A stretch of 64,000 nucleotides of DNA. It comes from an uncultured virus (IMG/VR IMGVR_UViG_3300031227_011830) (taxonomy: Duplodnaviria > Heunggongvirae > Uroviricota > Caudoviricetes). The translations under genes were made by a program, and so were the position numbers. Shown here piece after piece: positions 1-9,936 of the stretch. The number at the start of each line of letters is the position of its first letter. Within the stretch, counting starts at the first letter, position 1. The stretch lies in the IMG/VR virus record IMGVR_UViG_3300031227_011830, one strand, 5' to 3'. Under the pieces are notes generated by a model. The model made no database searches. It worked only from the letters and a program-made list of their open reading frames with translations, and was not told the origin of the DNA.

Positions 1-2614
1 GTGGTCCGCCAATACCCTGTGTGCCTTGTGGTCCGCCAATGCCCTGCGTGCCTTGTGGGCCACCAATGCCCTGTGTGCCTTGTGGACCGCCAATACCCTG
101 ATAACCCTGTGGGCCACCAATGCCCTGCGTGCCTTGTGGGCCGCCAATGCCCTGTGTGCCTTGTGGGCCGCCAATGCCCTGTGTGCCCTGTGGACCACCA
201 ATGCCCTGCGTGCCTTGTGGGCCACCAATGCCCTGTGTGCCTTGTGGTCCGCCAATGCCCTGTGTGCCCTGTGGTCCGCCAATACCCTGTGTGCCTTGTG
301 GTCCGCCAATGCCCTGTGTGCCTTGTGGGCCTTCAATGCCTTGAGGACCTTGATCCCCTGTGCCCCCATAAGCACTCAATGTGTCACTATCAACCCAATA
401 TAGCGGATAAGCTACATCTAGGCCATGCACATGGTCCTGATAAGCTACTTGCTGCGAACCAGCAACCATATTGCCTTTAGATATATCAGAAGTTTGTTCT
501 ACATTTTGTGGAGCACTCTCAGTCCAATCAAGAAGAAGCCCATAACCATCAATTGTTATCCCTTTATCATATCTCAATCCTAATCTTGAATCAACCCAAT
601 GTAATGGCGGATTGGTAATTTGCATGCCATGTACATGATCTTGACGTGCTGGATGTTCCGAACTGCCTGGCAGCCCCTGCCAGGCCACATCTGCTGGCGT
701 ACTACCACTAAACTTCAAACTTAAGTCATCTCCACGCCACTCAAAACTATTAGTCTGTGTGCCCATTCCATGTACATGATCTTGACGCGCTGGATGCTCT
801 GAATTGCCAAAATCACTGTCTTCAACTACTTTCTCATACGCTGTTGAATCGTCAAAATTAAAACTAAATTCATCTCCACGCCACTCAAAACTATTAGTCT
901 GAGTGCCCATTCCATGTACATGATCTTGACGCGCTGGATGCTCTGAATTGCCAGATGCACTGTCTTCAACTACTTTCTCATACGCTGTTGAATCGTCAAA
1001 ATTAAAACTAAATTCATCTCCACGCCATTCAAAACTATTAGCCTGAGTTCCTAAACCATGTACATGATCTTGGCGTGCTGGATGCTCTGAACTGCCAGAT
1101 GCACTGTCTTCAACTACGTTTTGATATGCTGTGCCATCGGCAAAATTAAAACTTAATTCGTATCCACGCCACTCAAAACTGTCAAATTGAGTTCCTAATT
1201 CATGTACATGGTCATAACGTGCGGGATGTTCTGAAGAACCTTGTGAACCATTAATAGATACTTTTTGAATGTCGCCAATACCATCAAAATCGAGATTCAA
1301 AGTTTCAGTTAAGTCCCAATAAAAACTATTATATTCAATTGGCAACTTGTGTACATGATCTTGACGAGAAGGCCAACCTTGAGTGCCTGGACTTGAAGAA
1401 TGCGAAACATAAGAAGGCCATACAGAATCATTGTAAGAACATTCTATATGATCCCCATCCCACTTTATTCCATTTGATGAACTAACTGCTAAATCATGCA
1501 CATGATCGCCACGAGAAGCTATATTAGACTTGCCTTTATCACCAGAACTTGCAACATCCTCTGGAGTTAAATCATAAAAACTAACTGGCCCATCAATTCC
1601 TTGATTGCCTTGTGACCCATCTACTCCTTGATTGCCTTGCGAACCTTCAATACCCTGATCCCCCTGGGAACCATCAATGCCTTGTAATCCATCACTACCC
1701 TGTGCGCCATCAGTGCCCTGTGGCCCATCATTGCCCTGTGAGCCATCATTACCCTGTGGACCATCATTGCCCTGTGGTCCATCACTGCCCTGCTGTCCAT
1801 CAGTGCCCTGTGAGCCGTCACTGCCTTGCGAGCCATCATTGCCTTGTGGACCATCATTACCTTGTGGACCATCATTACCTTGTGAACCATCATTACCTTG
1901 CTGTCCATCATTACCTTGTGGACCATCATTACCTTGCTGTCCATCGTTGCCTTGTGGGCCATCATTGCCCTGAGTGCCGTCGTTGCCTTGTGGACCATCA
2001 TTGCCTTGTGGGCCGTCGTTGCCTTGTGGGCCATCATTGCCTTGAGTGCCGTCATTGCCTTGTGGACCATCATTGCCCTGAGTGCCGTCATTGCCTTGTG
2101 GGCCATCATTGCCCTGAGTGCCGTCATTGCCTTGTGAACCATCTATTCCTTGATAGCCTTGATAGCCTCGATTACCATCACTACCCTGTAAACCAACAGC
2201 ACCCTGCAAACCTCTTTGAATCACATACCATTCAGATGTTGCAGAATCTGCTATTACTATAATTGCATCGCCAGCGTTATCTATGTCAACAGAAGCTTGA
2301 CCCTCTACCGTCTGACCGCCTGTGCCCTGAACAATTACTTTGGCCACGCCAGAACTGTAATTCTTCTTGATGTAGTAAATACGACCGTCATTAGTGGCCG
2401 CAATGACGGGTAAAGTAACAGTACGATTAGTCGTAGTCGTAGCTACGATAACCGCTGTATCTATGTCAGATGGCGAATAATCTGAATCGCTAATAACTAT
2501 AGCATCTAACTTGCGCTTCCATTCTGCATTATTTGAGCCATCTGATACGATGACATACCCGGCACCGTAACCATCCGACTTTATTTGCTCAACTCTGAAT
2601 CTCGAAAGTGGCAT
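1..2614 (-). CDS. Collagen-like phage fibre protein (runs off the left edge; absent from the ORF track)
   Basis: Read manually from ATG 2614: MPLSRFRVEQIKSDGYGAGYVIVSDGSNNAEWKRK..., then G-X-Y runs (GPQ/GTQ/GND) at about 1590-2215 and 1-370, with a central block of (S/P)ARQDHVH repeats. The frame at the left edge matches the frame of the ATG. Confidence 0.85.
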   Translation of the reverse strand, partial: MPLSRFRVEQIKSDGYGAGYVIVSDGSNNAEWKRKLDAIVISDSDYSPSDIDTAVIVATTTTNRTVTLPVIAATNDGRIYYIKKNYSSGVAKVIVQGTGGQTVEGQASVDIDNAGDAIIVIADSATSEWYVIQRGLQGAVGLQGSDGNRGYQGYQGIDGSQGNDGTQGNDGPQGNDGTQGNDGPQGNDGTQGNDGPQGNDGPQGNDGPQGNDGTQGNDGPQGNDGQQGNDGPQGNDGQQGNDGSQGNDGPQGNDGPQGNDGSQGSDGSQGTDGQQGSDGPQGNDGPQGNDGSQGNDGPQGTDGAQGSDGLQGIDGSQGDQGIEGSQGNQGVDGSQGNQGIDGPVSFYDLTPEDVASSGDKGKSNIASRGDHVHDLAVSSSNGIKWDGDHIECSYNDSVWPSYVSHSSSPGTQGWPSRQDHVHKLPIEYNSFYWDLTETLNLDFDGIGDIQKVSINGSQGSSEHPARYDHVHELGTQFDSFEWRGYELSFNFADGTAYQNVVEDSASGSSEHPARQDHVHGLGTQANSFEWRGDEFSFNFDDSTAYEKVVEDSASGNSEHPARQDHVHGMGTQTNSFEWRGDEFSFNFDDSTAYEKVVEDSDFGNSEHPARQDHVHGMGTQTNSFEWRGDDLSLKFSGSTPADVAWQGLPGSSEHPARQDHVHGMQITNPPLHWVDSRLGLRYDKGITIDGYGLLLDWTESAPQNVEQTSDISKGNMVAGSQQVAYQDHVHGLDVAYPLYWVDSDTLSAYGGTGDQGPQGIEGPQGTQGIGGPQGTQGIGGPQGTQGIGGPQGTQGIGGPQGTQGIGGPQGTQGIGGPQGTQGIGGPQGTQGIGGPQGYQGIGGPQGTQGIGGPQGTQGIGGPQGTQGIGGP
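420..1530 (-). repeat. Eight copies of a DHVH-ending motif, mostly at 141-147 nt (47-49 aa) spacing, inside the fibre protein
   Basis: tg(t/c)acatg(a/g)t recurs at 426, 630, 771, 915, 1059, 1203, 1350 and 1497; translates as e.g. SEHPARQDHVHGMGTQTNSFEWRGDE. Confidence 0.85.
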
Positions 2615-2626
2615 CTGTCTTCTCTC

Positions 2627-3379
2627 TTAGCATGTTTTGGTTCTGTGTAGCGTTAAAATAAACGAACACTTCCATGCATGGTCAGGAGTGCGAGTAGTTC
2701 CGATAAGTTTTAACCGCATGCCCTGTCCAAGACGCTCAGCGTCGGCTGATTGTAGCTTGATGAAACCATTATTCAATAGAGAAATGTCATGAGCAAACTT
2801 GGCAAGCCATACTTCCGTAGAAAACATATTGAAATTGCCATTACCAGAAGGAGCAGCAGTCAAATTCTCATATTCGTGAGTCGTACTGTTGTAATCTGCA
2901 TCCCAATATCTCGGACTCGTCAACGGCAAGTCACTCTCTAAAAAGTTTACCAAGCCGCCTCTCGGGTCTGTCCAATCACTATCTAATTCCCATGTCCCGT
3001 CCCCAGAAGCAGGAATCACAAGATAATCGCCATATATGTTGTAATTCGTATTCGATGCAGCATGCCCTGATACTGTCAGTGGTACTGCACCAAAATCTAC
3101 CGAATCAAAATCACAATTTTCCCACTGAGCATAACCCTCATGCATCCAAGAATCATTCTCGGCAAAGTTGAAATCTACATACACAACTTCTGGATTGTCA
3201 CCTGATATCTCATGGTTTATCTCGCACCATGTGCCACCGCCCACTTTTGTAATATCGGCTATGTCATCGCCACGACTTGTAAAATAGATGTCGCGACCAG
3301 TATGACAAGACGTTTCGTGTACAAGTTTCTTTCCAGATGAATCCTTTGGATTGCCAGAATTGTAGATTTTCTTGCTCAT
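2627..3379 (-). CDS. Hypothetical protein, probably virion structural
   Basis: 250-aa ORF tightly packed within the fibre module; beta-rich, aromatic composition. Confidence 0.55.
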   Translation of the reverse strand: MSKKIYNSGNPKDSSGKKLVHETSCHTGRDIYFTSRGDDIADITKVGGGTWCEINHEISGDNPEVVYVDFNFAENDSWMHEGYAQWENCDFDSVDFGAVPLTVSGHAASNTNYNIYGDYLVIPASGDGTWELDSDWTDPRGGLVNFLESDLPLTSPRYWDADYNSTTHEYENLTAAPSGNGNFNMFSTEVWLAKFAHDISLLNNGFIKLQSADAERLGQGMRLKLIGTTRTPDHAWKCSFILTLHRTKTC

Positions 3380-3392
3380 TTTCTCTTCCTTT

Positions 3393-4073
3393 TTACGCTG
3401 ATATAACAGAGTCAGTTATCAGAGTTACCCAATTCAACGCAGCATTCCCCGTCAAAACTATCTTCATTCTCAAAGATGTTCCATTATCTTGCGCTGAGAT
3501 GTCAGTCACGTCACTTCTTGTCAACTCCGTCCACTCAATTGAATCTGGGTCGCCTACCTCCCTCGAAGCATATATGGTTACTGTGCCTGCTTTGTTCCAA
3601 CAGTATTCTACACCAGCCTCACCAGGAGCAGAATCACATGTCTCCCCAAACGTATAAATTGTACACGTCGAATCAGGGTCATTCATACACAATATCTGAG
3701 CATCATACAACAATGCACAATTGACACTAAACACGGCGTCAAAATCCGACATATCATCAAAGAGATAAACAATAAGTGAATCTTCATTTAGAAATGCCAA
3801 CCCAAATCCTATTGCGTTTGCTACAACTTCTTTATCAGAAACATCTCTATCAATCGTCACAGCATCGGAATCATGAGCCGCAACTAAAACAGCAAGCTCT
3901 ATAATCTCACCAGCCGTCAAAATAGAGAGTGTTACTACATGCAAGTTGTTAGACAAACCATCCCCATCATACCCAACATAATTCATCTTAGCTTTGAATG
4001 TAGATTTGCAAAATACAAAACTCTTGAACTTGTCATAGTTGATGTCTTTTGTATACGTATATGTGGCCATCAT
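3393..4073 (-). CDS. Hypothetical protein, probably virion structural
   Basis: 226-aa ORF in the same operon. Confidence 0.55.
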   Translation of the reverse strand: MMATYTYTKDINYDKFKSFVFCKSTFKAKMNYVGYDGDGLSNNLHVVTLSILTAGEIIELAVLVAAHDSDAVTIDRDVSDKEVVANAIGFGLAFLNEDSLIVYLFDDMSDFDAVFSVNCALLYDAQILCMNDPDSTCTIYTFGETCDSAPGEAGVEYCWNKAGTVTIYASREVGDPDSIEWTELTRSDVTDISAQDNGTSLRMKIVLTGNAALNWVTLITDSVISA

Positions 4074-4079
4074 CTATCC

Positions 4080-4892
4080 TCACAAGTCAAGTATTACAAG
4101 AACTCTCTGAGTAGTAACTGCCGTGAGAGTTCCATTACCTGAAACCCTATACCAGTAAATCGCCACGACATCCCCGCTACTAAGACCGGTCAAATATCCA
4201 TGAATCGGGACAGGTGTATCCTTGTTAGACGAAGCGTATTGAATGACAAACGAGAACTGTGTCTGCTCCACACCATCAACACAGATACGCATGCCCATAA
4301 CCGTGTTGCTGTTCGATACGCTAAAAATGCCCTTGAACGTCACATATACATTCCCCGATGTTGTGGATGGTAAAGTGTACGTCATCTGTGGAATCACCGC
4401 AGGAGTAGCGCTTGATATTGTGGGATTTGAAGTAGTTGCTGTTGGCTGATAAACGCCTCCGGCTGTTCCTTCATCTCCTTGTGTGCCCTGAGTGCCAACA
4501 TCACCCTGTGTGCCAACATCACCCTGTGTGCCAACATTACCCTGAGTGCCAACATCACCCTGTGTGCCAACATCACCCTGAGTGCCAACATTACCCTGAG
4601 TGCCAACATCACCCTGAGTGCCAACATTACCCTGAGTGCCAACATTACCCTGAGTGCCAACATTACCCTGAGTGCCAACATTACCCTGAGTGCCAACATC
4701 GCCCTGAGGCCCGTCAAAGCCTTGCGAACCACTATCCCCCTGAATTCCCTGCGGACCCTGCAATCCAGTATTGCCGGGCATTCCCGTAGGGTTACGCCAT
4801 TGCGCTTTTGAAGAACCGTCCGCGACAGGAACATACCAGTCAGGACGACCCTCAGAGTTTAGCTGTGCCGCTCGTATGCGGGTTTGTGCCAT
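4080..4892 (-). CDS. Collagen-like fibre protein with a C-terminal globular domain
   Basis: Tandem 18-nt repeats encoding (GTQG[ND]V)n at about 4480-4710; N-terminus resembles that of the 2614 ORF. Confidence 0.85.
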   Translation of the reverse strand: MAQTRIRAAQLNSEGRPDWYVPVADGSSKAQWRNPTGMPGNTGLQGPQGIQGDSGSQGFDGPQGDVGTQGNVGTQGNVGTQGNVGTQGNVGTQGDVGTQGNVGTQGDVGTQGDVGTQGNVGTQGDVGTQGDVGTQGTQGDEGTAGGVYQPTATTSNPTISSATPAVIPQMTYTLPSTTSGNVYVTFKGIFSVSNSNTVMGMRICVDGVEQTQFSFVIQYASSNKDTPVPIHGYLTGLSSGDVVAIYWYRVSGNGTLTAVTTQRVLVILDL

Positions 4893-7468
4893 CAGGAACC
4901 TCTATCGTACTTCCTACGAAAATATGCCATAGCATCTTTACGACGCTTCTCTATCCATTCTTTTCCAAAATCAGAACTCGTCGCATGATGGTCATGATGA
5001 ACATATACACCCAATGAAATCCCAAATCTAATGCCAACTCGCTTCGCTCTTTCACACCAATCATTGTCTTCGCCATACGCAAATAAATTCTCATCCAATA
5101 ACCCAACTTGCTCAATTGCACGCCTGCTGAATAAACAACAGAAAAATGAAATCATGTTGTCAGACTCAAATGTTGCGGTTCCATATTGTCGCCAAAGGCT
5201 GTCAGCACGTTGCTCCGGTGAATGCTTGTCATTGAACTTCGGTAAATCCTTTATGACTCCCGCCAACTTGTCCAACGAATGTGGATTGTCCTCCGAAGTT
5301 AAACAACTTATCGCCCCAAATCCAGATGTCTCCAAAGCGTAAATCATCTTGTCAAGCCAACCAGAAGTTACAATCACATCGTTATTCAACAATGCTATGT
5401 AACTGGCTTGACTGTCAAAAAGTGACTTGCGCAATGCCCTGTTTACAGTAATTGAAAATCCTTCGTTCTTCTCTAAACGAATCAACTCGCAATCCAATAA
5501 TTCTTTCGCCACAGGCTTTACAGATTCAACACTATCAGAGCCAGAACCATTGTCCATCCATATCATCCGATAATGCTCTGTATGCTTGTCTACTGACTCA
5601 AAACAACGCTTTGTTAAATCTTCATGATTGTGACTCAATACTATGATGTCCGTCTGCTTGTTCGCAAATGCACTCTCGTAGTTCTCCCGAACCGTATCAC
5701 CTATTATCTTTATCCAAGTGCGTGACTCAATGCCAGCAAGAGCATCAGCAATTGAACCTATGTCTATGAAACTGGCCCTTACACCATCTTTCCATAAGCG
5801 CCAACCTATTACCTCAGAAGCCATCCCAGCCGCACATAAAACAATGTCATTGTCATTGGCCACCTTCTTTATGACCTGCATACATTCATTGTCCAGAGAA
5901 TAATAGGCATCTGTGTTCGGTAACCCTATCGATGATGTTATCCCAAAAACAGCCTTTACCAAAGGATTGTTGCAAACAGACTCGCCACCTAAAAACAATA
6001 CACGCTTGCCATGAAAACACTTCGTAACAAACTCTATGAACCATTTTGGATCAAATACGGCCTTGTAAGTCAAAGATATGAAATTGTCCAAAGTCTCATC
6101 AGGACGATACTGTTCAACTACTTTCTGTAAATGCTTATCTGACTCAAAACGCGCAAATAACCCTTTTCGCATCCGACCCTCATTGACCATCCCAGCCGCA
6201 GAACCTATCATATACCCATCAGCTTCATAACAAAATGATTCAATAAGCTCTTTGCGAAGTTCTTTACTGTTCTTGTGACCGCCACCTTCTTCCAATTGGC
6301 CAGACATAAACAATAACTCGCCATCCCCAAATCGTAAATAAGCAGTCGGCTTCTTCTCTAATAGTCTCTGCTGAATTTTCTCAGCAGTGTTATCTACCGA
6401 AACTACTTTGCGCTTTCCATTCGAGTGAAGCTCTTTCGGTCGATTCACAGAACCATGCTGCTCTACAATGTCTTCAAATAAATCTACAACAGCTTTGGCA
6501 GACTTCTTTACGTCAAACTCACACTCAGCATATTCTCGTAAACGCTTGCGAATTCCACCTGTGTCACTGCAAACATCCGAATGACACTTGTCAATAGATC
6601 CAGCAAGCAAAATAGGATTTATGCAATCCGCAGCATAATCAGTGAAATCCATGCCGTGCCGACCACACACAACAGGAACACCACAACTATATCCCTCACG
6701 TACAACTCGTGTCTCTTCAGTAGACATTGACAAAACTAAATCACATTGATGATAAATGTCATCCTGTGGATTCGTTGTGTTGCCGCGTAAATTGACTACG
6801 CCATCCTCTATCATCCATTGTATCGTAGCCATCCACGTATCTTTCGGTTGCTCCGTCAAACCCCATACATCTACTTCAATCTTCTTGTCACTATGCTTTC
6901 TTAAGTAATCAATCGCTGTAAATAACCCAAACGGCTCGCGACTTGTTCGCCAAAAATCAACCATCGCTATCTTGATAGTATCAGACTTTGGCTCCCATTT
7001 GCTCAATTCCCAATCTTCTACATTCGCCCAAACCGGAATGTAATGAACAGGCATCTTTAATAAATTCTCCCAAAACGGTATGTGCCTTTTCCACATACAA
7101 ACCATCGCCCGGGGAAGCTGCATATTGGACGCCCCAATGATTAAAGAGTAAGCCCGCTCGTTATCATATAACTCGCCAAAAAAATTGAACTCCGGTGTGC
7201 CATGCAGGAACAACACAAGATTACGGTGCGGCTCGTTAAACCAATTTTCGTGCATAGCATGATGCCAACAAATTATGTCAGCCCCATCGCCATAATCAAA
7301 ACCAACTGGAGTAATGCCATCAGAACCGTATAACTGTGTTGCCCCTGCATCATCTATGACTTCGGCTTGCAATCCAAGCCTCCGCTCCTCAAGCATAAGG
7401 TCACGTACAGTACCATACATGCCTGACAAGCCAGGCGCATAATTGCAAACATGAGCCACTTTCAACAT
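4892..7468 (-). CDS. Multidomain glycosyltransferase: GT-B/GT4-like + GT-D (DUF1792-like) + GT2
   Basis: N-terminal KVAHVC...LFLHGTPE and EETRVVREGYSCGVPVV (GT4-like); middle AYLRFGDGE (GT-D signature); C-terminal DIIVLSHN...MDNGS...LLNNDV...YGEDNDWC (GT2). Confidence 0.8.
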   Translation of the reverse strand: MLKVAHVCNYAPGLSGMYGTVRDLMLEERRLGLQAEVIDDAGATQLYGSDGITPVGFDYGDGADIICWHHAMHENWFNEPHRNLVLFLHGTPEFNFFGELYDNERAYSLIIGASNMQLPRAMVCMWKRHIPFWENLLKMPVHYIPVWANVEDWELSKWEPKSDTIKIAMVDFWRTSREPFGLFTAIDYLRKHSDKKIEVDVWGLTEQPKDTWMATIQWMIEDGVVNLRGNTTNPQDDIYHQCDLVLSMSTEETRVVREGYSCGVPVVCGRHGMDFTDYAADCINPILLAGSIDKCHSDVCSDTGGIRKRLREYAECEFDVKKSAKAVVDLFEDIVEQHGSVNRPKELHSNGKRKVVSVDNTAEKIQQRLLEKKPTAYLRFGDGELLFMSGQLEEGGGHKNSKELRKELIESFCYEADGYMIGSAAGMVNEGRMRKGLFARFESDKHLQKVVEQYRPDETLDNFISLTYKAVFDPKWFIEFVTKCFHGKRVLFLGGESVCNNPLVKAVFGITSSIGLPNTDAYYSLDNECMQVIKKVANDNDIVLCAAGMASEVIGWRLWKDGVRASFIDIGSIADALAGIESRTWIKIIGDTVRENYESAFANKQTDIIVLSHNHEDLTKRCFESVDKHTEHYRMIWMDNGSGSDSVESVKPVAKELLDCELIRLEKNEGFSITVNRALRKSLFDSQASYIALLNNDVIVTSGWLDKMIYALETSGFGAISCLTSEDNPHSLDKLAGVIKDLPKFNDKHSPEQRADSLWRQYGTATFESDNMISFFCCLFSRRAIEQVGLLDENLFAYGEDNDWCERAKRVGIRFGISLGVYVHHDHHATSSDFGKEWIEKRRKDAMAYFRRKYDRGS

Positions 7469-7533
7469 GGGAGAATCCCTCTTAATATTGCCTGAGTTCT
7501 CAACTCAGAAGGTTAAACGCAGTAATCTAAAGA

Positions 7534-8688
7534 CTATGTGCGGTAATCTGAGATTACTATGTCGCTACTTGTGGCCGAGAAAGCAAGCAAGGTAACAGTC
7601 GAATTGCTTAACTGGAAGTCGTTGCCCGCACCCTCACGCCATCTCTGACCATTAAAGAATAACTTGTATGAGCCAACCGGACTGGGCGTGGCAACTAATT
7701 GCCAAGAAACCGTAGTCGCAACAAAAGCCTTCACTTCATTGTCAGTAAAGTTCGTCGTGGACACGACAGGATAAGTGCTCGTTCCATCATACACTTCCCA
7801 CCGATCATTTGATTCATTCCAGTAAATCTTGGCATCATTAGAATCACCACGGTCTATCTCAATACCACTCTCGTTGGTAGTGGCGCCACTACCAACAGCA
7901 CCGGAACCCAATAAAATCATCGGGTCTACCATTACGACATTCGTGCTCTGAATGTACGTCGTAGTGCCCTGTAAAATGGTGTTGCCGAGTACAATCAATC
8001 CACTCAAAGTAATCGTGCTGTCTTTGATCTTCGCAGAACTAACAGCATTGTCAGCTAACTTCTGAGTCGTTACAGAACTGTCAGCAAGCTTGGCTGTTGT
8101 TACAGCACTGTCTGCAAGCTTCGCCGTCGTTACATTGCTGTCCTTAATCTTGACAGTCGTTACTGAATCAGAAGCCAACTTGGAAGCATTGACGGCCCCA
8201 TCAGCAATCTTTGCCGTCGTTACATTACTATCAGCAAGCTTGGCCGTAATTACAGCACTGTCAGCTAACTTGGCCGTCGTTACAGCACTGTCTTTAATCT
8301 TGACAGTTGTTACTGAATCAGAGGCCAACTTAGAAGCATTGACGGCCCCATCAGCAATCTTTGCCGTCGTTACATTACTGTCTTTAATCTTAACTGTTGT
8401 TACTGAATCAGAAGCAAGCTTAGAGGCATTGACAGCCCCGTCGGCTATCTTTTGAGCCGTAATAGCGCTATCGGCTATCTTCGTCGTGATTACATTACTA
8501 TCAGCAATCTTTGCCGTAATTACATTACTGTCTGCTATCTTTGCCGTAGTTACATTACTATCGGCAAGCTTGACTGTCGTGATATTACTGTCGGCTATTT
8601 TCTTAGTAATAACCGCACTATCTGCAATTTTTACAGTAGTGATAGCACTATCACGGACCTGCTCAGTGCGTATTTGCGTTACAGCCAT
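7534..8688 (-). CDS. Fibre-like protein with tandem 10-aa DSxVTTxKIA repeats
   Basis: About 21 decapeptide repeats, followed by a GIEIDRG...IYWNESNDRW segment typical of phage fibres. Confidence 0.8.
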   Translation of the reverse strand: MAVTQIRTEQVRDSAITTVKIADSAVITKKIADSNITTVKLADSNVTTAKIADSNVITAKIADSNVITTKIADSAITAQKIADGAVNASKLASDSVTTVKIKDSNVTTAKIADGAVNASKLASDSVTTVKIKDSAVTTAKLADSAVITAKLADSNVTTAKIADGAVNASKLASDSVTTVKIKDSNVTTAKLADSAVTTAKLADSSVTTQKLADNAVSSAKIKDSTITLSGLIVLGNTILQGTTTYIQSTNVVMVDPMILLGSGAVGSGATTNESGIEIDRGDSNDAKIYWNESNDRWEVYDGTSTYPVVSTTNFTDNEVKAFVATTVSWQLVATPSPVGSYKLFFNGQRWREGAGNDFQLSNSTVTLLAFSATSSDIVISDYRT

Positions 8689-8795
8689 CTCTTTTTATCT
8701 CCTTTTTTCTTTTCAACCAATGTACGAATCTGTCAAAGTAAACCACGTTTCATCTTTATCTCCTTTCGCTAAAAATCCACGCGGTCAATCACTGT

Positions 8796-9860
8796 TTATC
8801 CAACTACAAAGGAAGCCGATAAAATATCTCCTTCAGAAGAATCTGGTATTACATCGCCCCCCGCTATCGTGTAAATCGTATAAGCCGGACCATTCTCAGT
8901 TATCGAAACGGGCTGATAAGCTATTCCATTTAAATACGAAATCAATGTCCCAGGAATGTAAGACTCGCTGCCCGGTATCGTGAATGTCGTATTCACCCCG
9001 TCTTTCAACCCATCAGGAACTATGTTGATGCGCTGAATAATGGCAACGCCACCGTGAGTGAGAACCGTTCCTGATATTATCGTATTGCCTACATCTCCTG
9101 ATTGCATCGTCAAAAGTGTAAGCGTTCCAGAACCTTTAGCAGTTACCTTGAAATAACCAAAATTGACACCATCGTTTACTACTACATACTCGCCAACTGT
9201 ATACGAAGTGGAATAGGCAACATTCGCCACAGCAGAAGACGCAAGAGCCGGAATCGTGAACCCACTCATTAAATATGTATACGCAGGAAAACCAGTCTCA
9301 TTAACTGGTATCCCAGCACTTAAAGTTCCGCCAACATCATTAGATGCAACCGTTCTGAGAGTAAGTGAATTCGACCCCGGAATTGCCGTAACTATAAATA
9401 ATCCACTTTCAGAACCGTCATCCAAAATGATGTAGCTTCCAACTGAATATCCCGTCACAGCAGATACGCTGACATTGCTTGTCGAGCCGATAGTTGGAAT
9501 GACATACGGAGCCGTTAAAATGGCCGAATCAGCAACGCCAGGTGGACCTTGTGGCCCATAATCCCCCTGTGGCCCTTGTGTCCCGCCACCACCGCCACCA
9601 GAACCTTGTGTTCCCTGTGGACCCTGAATGCCCGAACATGCACAATCAGGTGTGTCTGGAATTATCCCCACAAACTGTAAATACTGTAATGCTACATTCG
9701 GTAATGTAATAGGTATGGCCCGACCCTTGACAATCATTGTTGTCGTGGACTGACAAACACCTATTATCTCGTTACACAGTATTTTGCTAAAATTGTCTTC
9801 AGGCGAGAATGTGTCCAGCTCACCCATCCAAAAACGCTTTATTGCCTTGTAGAGCTTCAC
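8796..9860 (-). CDS. Virion decoration/fibre protein with a short collagen stretch and two repeated beta domains
   Basis: GIQGPQGTQG...GPQGPPG; duplicated xIPxxxSxxxVxVxxxxxYxVGxYxxxxDG unit; C-terminal DGVNTTFT...YLNG. Confidence 0.65.
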   Translation of the reverse strand: MKLYKAIKRFWMGELDTFSPEDNFSKILCNEIIGVCQSTTTMIVKGRAIPITLPNVALQYLQFVGIIPDTPDCACSGIQGPQGTQGSGGGGGGTQGPQGDYGPQGPPGVADSAILTAPYVIPTIGSTSNVSVSAVTGYSVGSYIILDDGSESGLFIVTAIPGSNSLTLRTVASNDVGGTLSAGIPVNETGFPAYTYLMSGFTIPALASSAVANVAYSTSYTVGEYVVVNDGVNFGYFKVTAKGSGTLTLLTMQSGDVGNTIISGTVLTHGGVAIIQRINIVPDGLKDGVNTTFTIPGSESYIPGTLISYLNGIAYQPVSITENGPAYTIYTIAGGDVIPDSSEGDILSASFVVG

Positions 9861-9936
9861 GTCTTTTTCTCTCTTATCCGATGGATAGTCTTTTCAATGC
9901 TTGCAATGTCTGACTTGCAACACAAACGTCCGCTTT

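Noticed and set aside
1..4710. Tandem repeats as CRISPR arrays; plus-strand Cys/Pro-rich ORFs as genes
   Set aside because: Repeat periods are multiples of three with no unique spacers; they are the antisense shadow of minus-strand collagen genes.
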